From: Acidimicrobiia bacterium
GTDB lineage: Bacteria > Actinomycetota > Acidimicrobiia > Spongiisociales > ZC4RG35
Direction of reading: 5' to 3'
NCBI GenBank assembly: GCA_012270885.1
Contig: JAAXHN010000005.1
Span: 5,775 to 69,774, forward strand
Length of the DNA stretch: 64,000 nt
The first letter of the stretch is position 1. Every line of letters starts with the position of its first letter. Of the stretch, positions 58,629 to 64,000 are shown in pieces. The position numbers were made by a program, and so were the translations under genes. Under the pieces are notes generated by a model. It worked only from the letters and a program-made list of their open reading frames with translations, had not been told where the DNA came from and did not search any database.

Positions 58629-59519
58629 ATGACACAAATAGAGCCCATCTCGGTACGCGGACCGGCTCTCCGGTTCGAGACGTTGTTCGATGGGGAAACC
58701 ACCTCGGCAGGCGAGGGGCTGGAACTGCATCCCGACTTCGCGGCGGTGTACGGCGGTCCCCTACGACTTCAACCTCCGGTCAAGGGCTTGCCCTTGTTGG
58801 CCGCCAATTTCGTTGCCTCTCATGACGGCAGAGTGGCCTTCAACCATCCGGACCACCGGGGAGGAGGCCCGATCTCGGGGTTCAATGACAACGATGTATG
58901 GCTGATGGGTCTGCTCCGGGCCCGAGCAGACGCGGTGGTGGTAGGCGAGGGCACTATCCGAGCAGAACCCAGCCACGTGAACACCCCCGACGACATCTAT
59001 CCAGACGACAAGGACGCCTTCGCCGCCCTCCGCCGTCACGAGAACCGGTCCGAACTCCCCATCATCTCCTACATAACCCTCGACGGCAATCTTCCACCCG
59101 AGGCCAAGGTGTTCTCGATGGAGGACGCCCACGTGGTGGTGGCCACGACCAGGGCCGGCGCCCGAAGGATCCGGGCCGCCGTGCGCTCCGACGGCAGAAT
59201 CGATCTCCTCGAATTCGGTAGCAGCGGGGTGAACCTGGAGCGCTACGCACGCATAATGGCCGAGGACTACGGGGTCGAGTTCCTCCTGTGCGAGGGCGGG
59301 GCCACCCTCTACGGGGCGTTTCTCGAAGCCGGGATCATGAACGAGCCGTTCATCACCCGGTCGCCGCTGGTGGTGGGAGAGAATCCCGGCAACCCACGGC
59401 CCAGCCTGGTGGAGGGAACCGGATGGCTCCCCGATGACACGCCGAGGATGAAGATCCTGTCGGTTCGCAAAGCCGGTGACTACTTGTACATGCGTTATCG
59501 GGCCACATACCCTGCCTAG
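58629..59519 (+). CDS. RibD C-terminal/dihydrofolate-reductase-like reductase domain protein
   Basis: Start re-set to MTQIEP. ANFVASHDGRV..., DVWLMGLLRARADAVVVGEGT, and LLCEGGATLYGAFLEAG. Confidence 0.65.
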   Translation: MTQIEPISVRGPALRFETLFDGETTSAGEGLELHPDFAAVYGGPLRLQPPVKGLPLLAANFVASHDGRVAFNHPDHRGGGPISGFNDNDVWLMGLLRARADAVVVGEGTIRAEPSHVNTPDDIYPDDKDAFAALRRHENRSELPIISYITLDGNLPPEAKVFSMEDAHVVVATTRAGARRIRAAVRSDGRIDLLEFGSSGVNLERYARIMAEDYGVEFLLCEGGATLYGAFLEAGIMNEPFITRSPLVVGENPGNPRPSLVEGTGWLPDDTPRMKILSVRKAGDYLYMRYRATYPA

Positions 59520-59552
59520 TACTCGGCCAACTCGCGGAAAGTCCTGACCCCC

Positions 59553-60998
59553 GTGACCTCATTGACCCTTATCGAGCACCTGGAGTTCACCATCACTTGT
59601 GACCGGGACGACCGGGTGATAACCGACGGGGCGATCCTGATAGACGGGGACCGGATCGAGGACCTGGGCGCCACGGCCGAGGTGAGGGAACGGATGCACT
59701 CGGGCACCTGGCGCCAACCCGTGGAGCGACTGGATGGCCAGCGCCTGGGACTGACGCCCGGGCTGGTGGATTCCCACGTCCATCTGTCCGAAACCCTGTC
59801 GAGGGCGGCGTTCCCTGATGTGATCGACACGCGGACCTGGGTGTTTCACTGGGCAAAGCCCTTCTACGCGCACGTCAACCCAGAAGACGAGGAAGTGGGG
59901 TCGCTCCTGGGAACCGCCGAGATGCTGCGGGGAGGGACCACCTGCTTTTTGGACATGGGCGCGCAGAACGACCCGGCGCCGGTGGCGTCTGCTGTCGAGC
60001 AAACCGGGATCAGGGGTATCACCGGCCGCCACGCCGCCGATGTCAAGCCCGCGGAGATCCCCCGAGGTTGGTCCACGGAAATGGTCGATCATCACTTCTT
60101 TCCCGACGCCGAGACCGCTCTTGAAGCCTTGGCGGAGACGGTTGCCGCCTGGAACGGGTCGGCGGACGGGCGGCTTGGAGTGTGGGTGAACATCGAGGGG
60201 AAAGAACCCTGCAGTCTGGACCTTCATGTCGGCGCGCGAGAACTGGCTGCGAGACTGGGGGTGGGCACGACCTACCACCTCGCCACTTCCCTCGCCGAAG
60301 CGGAAATCTCCGAACGGCGTCATGGAAGCTGGCCGATCACCAGGGTGGCGCGAGCAGGCGGTCTGGGCGACAATCTGGTGATCGCTCATGCGGTTGCGGT
60401 AACTCAGGAGGAGGTGGAACTGCTCTCCTCCCATCGGACCAAGGTGGCCTTCTGTCCATCCACTTCCCTGAAACTCGCCAAAGGCGCCACCTCGATCGGA
60501 AAGTACCCCGAGATGATGGAGGCGGCCGTGACCGTGGGACTGGGGACCGATGGGGTGTCCGCCGCGGGCAATCTCAACCTGCACCGCCAGGTGCACCTCG
60601 CCGCCGGCCTGTTCAAGGACGCCCGGATGGACGCTTCGCTGGTGGGGGCCCGGCGGGCGCTGCGCATGGCCACCATCGATGGGGCGAAAGCCCTGGGGAT
60701 GGATGAACAGATCGGTTCGCTCGAGGTGGGAAAGAAAGCCGACTTCGTGTTGTGGGACCTCGATCACCCCGAGTGGATACCCTACGGAGATCCCCTCTCG
60801 GCACTGGTCTGGTCGGCATCGACGGCATCGGTGCACGAGACCTGGGTGGACGGGCAGCCCTGCTTTCGTGATGGCCGGGTGTTGGGCGTAGACGAGGCCG
60901 CACTCCACGTCGAAGCCCGTAACAGGGCCGCAGACATAAGCGCCCGGGCCGGGCTGGGCCGAACAGACATCCCTTTGACGACCCGTCTCTACCTATGA
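59553..60998 (+). CDS. Amidohydrolase, ATZ/TRZ-type aminohydrolase/deaminase family
   Basis: GLVDSHVHLSE (HxH), a later HxxxE region, GTDG, and a C-terminal beta-sandwich. Confidence 0.8.
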   Translation: MTSLTLIEHLEFTITCDRDDRVITDGAILIDGDRIEDLGATAEVRERMHSGTWRQPVERLDGQRLGLTPGLVDSHVHLSETLSRAAFPDVIDTRTWVFHWAKPFYAHVNPEDEEVGSLLGTAEMLRGGTTCFLDMGAQNDPAPVASAVEQTGIRGITGRHAADVKPAEIPRGWSTEMVDHHFFPDAETALEALAETVAAWNGSADGRLGVWVNIEGKEPCSLDLHVGARELAARLGVGTTYHLATSLAEAEISERRHGSWPITRVARAGGLGDNLVIAHAVAVTQEEVELLSSHRTKVAFCPSTSLKLAKGATSIGKYPEMMEAAVTVGLGTDGVSAAGNLNLHRQVHLAAGLFKDARMDASLVGARRALRMATIDGAKALGMDEQIGSLEVGKKADFVLWDLDHPEWIPYGDPLSALVWSASTASVHETWVDGQPCFRDGRVLGVDEAALHVEARNRAADISARAGLGRTDIPLTTRLYL

Positions 60999-62200
60999 AG
61001 GAACCGTCTACCCACCCCCAGCGGTTGGCCGAGGGAGACCGGCCTGCGGCCATCGGGCCGGTCAAAGTACCCGAGTATCCAGGGCCCCAGGTGATCTCGA
61101 TCCGCCGCGGCTTCATCACCGAGATCCAACCCTTCCCCGACCGGCTGGGAAGGTCCGTCCCGGAGCCTTCGCATCTGGCCATGCCCTCTTTCGCCGAGCC
61201 GCATCTGCATCCCGACCGCGCATACGTCGGCTCTCCCCGCCCACCCCGCTCCCTGGACGACGCCATCGAAGTGGGAGCCAGGCCGGAGGGCTATATAGCG
61301 GACACGGCGGCCGAACGAGCCCGGAGACTCTTTTCCACCCTGTTGACCAACGGCGCCACCCGGGCCAGGGGCCATGTCGGGTGCTACCCCGAACACGTTG
61401 CCGGCCCCCGGTGGAAGGTGATGGGGGAAGTGCGGGAACAGATGAAAGAGGTCATGGAAATCGAGTTGGTCGCCTTCGCGGTGGTGGACACCCTGACAGA
61501 CCGGGAGGAAACCTCAAGGCTGCATAGGGACCTGAGCATCGGTAGATACCAACTGATCGGGGGCTCGCCCAATCACGACTCCCGGCCGCGGGATTCGATC
61601 AGCTCGATGATGGAACTGGCGGTGAGAACCGGTGTGGAGGTTGATGTACACATAGACGAGACCCTTGATCCCGCCCGACTGCTGATGGATTTCGCCCTCG
61701 ACGAGGTGGAGAGCCGACGTCTGGAGGGACGGGTCTCGTTCAGCCACTGCTGCCTCTTGAGCGCACTCCCCGAACAGCAGACCCGCTCCCTTGCTCGACG
61801 CATGGCCGGGCTGGGGATAACCGTCAACTGCCAGCCGCGAACCAATCTGATCCTGCACGAATACCGGGTTCACTCACCTCGCAGGGCCCTGGCGCCCATC
61901 AACCTGCTGATCGATGAAGGGGTGCATGTGAGGCTGGGCGTCGACAACGTGGACGACACTTTCTGTCCCTTCCCTACCGCGGACACACTTGAAGTGGGCT
62001 ATCTGGCGAGGGTGGCCGGACACCTGTATGACGACGCCCGCCTCATTTCCTCCCTAAGTGACGGCCGGTCCACGCTTCGGTCAGGCGAGAAGGCCGACCT
62101 GACGCTCGTGGAGGCGAATACCCTCAACGAAGCGCTCTCTATCCGCCCCGGGCGGATTACCATGAGGAATGGCGTAGTGGTCGCCTCTGGAAGCAATTAA
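60995..62200 (+). CDS. Cytosine-deaminase-like amidohydrolase
   Basis: AEPHLHPD (HxH), VDVHIDE and GVDNVDD motifs. The start overlaps the previous stop by 4 nt. Confidence 0.7.
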   Translation: MKEPSTHPQRLAEGDRPAAIGPVKVPEYPGPQVISIRRGFITEIQPFPDRLGRSVPEPSHLAMPSFAEPHLHPDRAYVGSPRPPRSLDDAIEVGARPEGYIADTAAERARRLFSTLLTNGATRARGHVGCYPEHVAGPRWKVMGEVREQMKEVMEIELVAFAVVDTLTDREETSRLHRDLSIGRYQLIGGSPNHDSRPRDSISSMMELAVRTGVEVDVHIDETLDPARLLMDFALDEVESRRLEGRVSFSHCCLLSALPEQQTRSLARRMAGLGITVNCQPRTNLILHEYRVHSPRRALAPINLLIDEGVHVRLGVDNVDDTFCPFPTADTLEVGYLARVAGHLYDDARLISSLSDGRSTLRSGEKADLTLVEANTLNEALSIRPGRITMRNGVVVASGSN

Positions 62201-62286
62201 TTCAAGACACGGATGGGGGACCGACAATCTCAGACATCCAGCCCTCGAACTATGGAGACACGCGGGGCGGCGGTTCTTCTTCCACC

Positions 62287-63006
62287 CTGATCTCATTTGA
62301 GAATGTCAGCAAGACCTTTCCCGACGGCACCCATGCGGTGGACAATGTGTCCCTCAGGGTGGGATCGGGCCAATTCGTGACGGTGGTGGGCCCCTCCGGT
62401 TGCGGGAAATCCACACTGCTCAGAATGGGATCGGGCCTCCTCCCAGTCAGCTCCGGTGAAGTGCGCCGGTCCAAGGGGAACTTGGGATACGTCTTCCAGG
62501 ACGCAACCCTTCTGCCCTGGCGAACCGTTCAAAAGAACGTGGAACTCTTCTGCGAACTGCGCGGGTTCGATCGAAGCGAGAGGCGCAAGAGAGCCAAGGA
62601 CGCTATCGAACTAGTGGGGCTGAGTGGGTTCAACCGGCATTATCCCGCGGCCCTGTCGGGCGGGATGAAGATGAGGGTTTCTCTGGCGAGGTCGCTCACC
62701 CTGGATCCTCCCCTTTTCTTCTTCGACGAGCCGTTCGGGGCCCTGGATGAGATAACCCGGGAATACCTGAACCTGGAGTTGCTCCGGATCTTCGCCCACG
62801 CCGGCTTCGGGGCGGTATTCATCACTCACAACCTGTATGAGGCGGTGTTCCTGTCAACCGATGTTCTGGTGATGTCCTCCCGACCCGGGCGCATACTCAG
62901 GTCTTTCAGGATCCCGTTTCCCTACCCCCGCGATCTGGACCTTCGATTTGACCCGGCGTTTGCCGAGTTGACCGGGGAAGTCTCCGAAGTCTTGAGGGAT
63001 GAATAG
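62287..63006 (+). CDS. ABC transporter ATP-binding protein (NitT/TauT family); true start unresolved
   Basis: Walker A GPSGCGKST, signature LSGGMKMR, Walker B FFFDEP. The track ORF starts at GTG 62338, but the conserved first strand (LISFENVSKTFPDGTHAV) is encoded in frame upstream from 62287, with no ATG/GTG/TTG. Confidence 0.8.
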   Translation: MISFENVSKTFPDGTHAVDNVSLRVGSGQFVTVVGPSGCGKSTLLRMGSGLLPVSSGEVRRSKGNLGYVFQDATLLPWRTVQKNVELFCELRGFDRSERRKRAKDAIELVGLSGFNRHYPAALSGGMKMRVSLARSLTLDPPLFFFDEPFGALDEITREYLNLELLRIFAHAGFGAVFITHNLYEAVFLSTDVLVMSSRPGRILRSFRIPFPYPRDLDLRFDPAFAELTGEVSEVLRDE

Positions 63007-63813
63007 ATGAGTACCGCCCGACACACCTCCTCCCGCCTCCGCTCCTCCACTTACCGACTGGGACCTCCCATCGTGGTGTTCCTGGCGGTGTTGGCCATCT
63101 GGTACGCCATCAGCCTTAGCCTCGATCCCGACCGGCAGTTCTTGCTGCCCACCCCCAACGAGGTGATCGACGTCGGCTTCGTAAACCAGGACAACCTGTT
63201 CCAAGTGCTGGAGGGACTGCTCTGGACTGTGGCGGTTTCCATGACCGGCCTGGTGATCGCCATCGTCCTGGGAATGACTTCCGCCATCATGATGAGCCAG
63301 GCCAAGTGGGTGGAGACCTCCTTCTACCCCTACGCGGTGATCATCCAGACCGTGCCCATCCTGGCCATCGTTCCCCTGGTGGGTCTATGGCTGGGATTCG
63401 GGTTCACCAGCCGAGTGGTGGTGTGCGTGATCATCTCCATATTCCCGATCATCACCAACACCCTCTTCGGTCTCCAGTCGGTGCCCGCCTCCTTTCATGA
63501 CCTCTTCACCCTGCACCGGTCAAGCCGGGTGACCCGTCTGGTGAAGCTCCAGTTTCCCAATGCCCTGCCCGCTATCTTCGCCGGGTTCCGTATTTCCGCA
63601 GGCCTCTCGGTTATCGGCGCCATCGTTGGCGAGTTCTTCTTCCGCAAAGGAATCCCCGGTCTGGGAAGATTGCTTGACCTCTACCGGGCCCGGCTGCTCA
63701 CCGAACAGCTATTCACCGCTCTGGTCTTCTCCTCCCTGCTGGGCATCCTGGTTTTCTGGGGGTTCGGCTTCCTGGGTAGGCTGGTAGTTGGAAAATGGCA
63801 CGAAACCACCTGA
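63007..63813 (+). CDS. ABC transporter permease (NitT/TauT family, SsuC-like)
   Basis: 268 aa with six TM segments. The ATG immediately follows the ATPase stop. Confidence 0.9.
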   Translation: MSTARHTSSRLRSSTYRLGPPIVVFLAVLAIWYAISLSLDPDRQFLLPTPNEVIDVGFVNQDNLFQVLEGLLWTVAVSMTGLVIAIVLGMTSAIMMSQAKWVETSFYPYAVIIQTVPILAIVPLVGLWLGFGFTSRVVVCVIISIFPIITNTLFGLQSVPASFHDLFTLHRSSRVTRLVKLQFPNALPAIFAGFRISAGLSVIGAIVGEFFFRKGIPGLGRLLDLYRARLLTEQLFTALVFSSLLGILVFWGFGFLGRLVVGKWHETT

Positions 63814-63891
63814 TAACCAGTGTAGAACAATCCCACATGACGCTACTCATTCGACAAGACCTCGAAGGTTAGAACCGAAAGGAGATTCAAC

Positions 63892-64000
63892 ATGAAGAAC
63901 CATGGCAAGGTGCCGAGGTGGCTGGCCGCCTTGGTTGTGCTGGCTCTGGTCGTGGCGGCCTGCGGAGACGGTGACGACGAGGTTTCCGAAACCACTGCCG
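63892..64000 (+). CDS. Lipoprotein, probably the substrate-binding protein; N-terminus only
   Basis: Not in the ORF track. AAAGGAG RBS, then MKNHGKVPRWLAALVVLALVVAACGDGDDEVSETTA: a signal peptide with lipobox VAAC. Runs off the window. Confidence 0.6.
   Translation, partial: MKNHGKVPRWLAALVVLALVVAACGDGDDEVSETTA

Noticed and set aside
62252-62290. A programmed ribosomal frameshift at CCA CCC TGA, joining the short ATG-initiated frame to the ABC ATPase frame.
   Set aside because: Reaching the ATPase frame needs a -1 (or +2) shift, with no slippery heptamer or cognate re-pairing. A prfB-like +1 shift lands in the third frame, which stops after a few codons. An indel or a non-canonical start is more parsimonious.

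Overview
High-GC, densely coding chromosomal window of about 65 genes. The synteny and gene content look actinobacterial: lysA/hom/thrC-rho-rpmE-prfA-prmC-sua5, an LCP protein, Ku, CofC (F420) and a PIG-L deacetylase. I saw no rRNA, tRNA, CRISPR array, transposase or integrase.

Main blocks:
1. A peptide ABC transporter fragment (1-2421).
2. A respiratory complex I membrane-arm operon containing only nuoHIJKLMN (3591-11091, minus strand).
3. A divergent C1/formate block (11351-18771). It holds formate-THF ligase and a formate dehydrogenase whose catalytic subunit has an in-frame TGA (selenocysteine) with a SECIS-like hairpin. That subunit is also split and gene-order-permuted around a NuoE-NuoF fusion.
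4. A Fur-family regulator with a perfect Fur-box palindrome and a split metal ABC importer.
5. Housekeeping genes: Ku, lysA, hom, thrC, rho, rpmE, prfA, prmC, sua5.
6. A mixed minus-strand metabolic block (31991-41853), interrupted by a visibly AT-richer two-gene toxin-antitoxin-like cassette (37739-38847).
7. purL.
8. A tightly overlapped catabolic operon (4-OT tautomerase, isochorismatase-VOC fusion, MLE-type enolase, opine dehydrogenase) with a sugar-type ABC importer.
9. A divergent operon of an FNR fusion, a DpaA-like dehydrogenase and a hydantoinase.
10. An AT-rich islet with an orphan AAA+/wHTH ATPase.
11. An amidohydrolase/NitT-TauT transporter cluster at the right edge.

The most interesting items are the Sec-containing, split/permuted formate dehydrogenase next to a truncated nuo operon, the DpaA-like operon, and the two low-GC islets.

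Many ORF-track entries are GC-driven antisense or over-extended ORFs. I re-set starts where motifs, RBSs or 4-nt overlaps supported it. Hand-located non-coding coordinates may be off by 1-2 nt.
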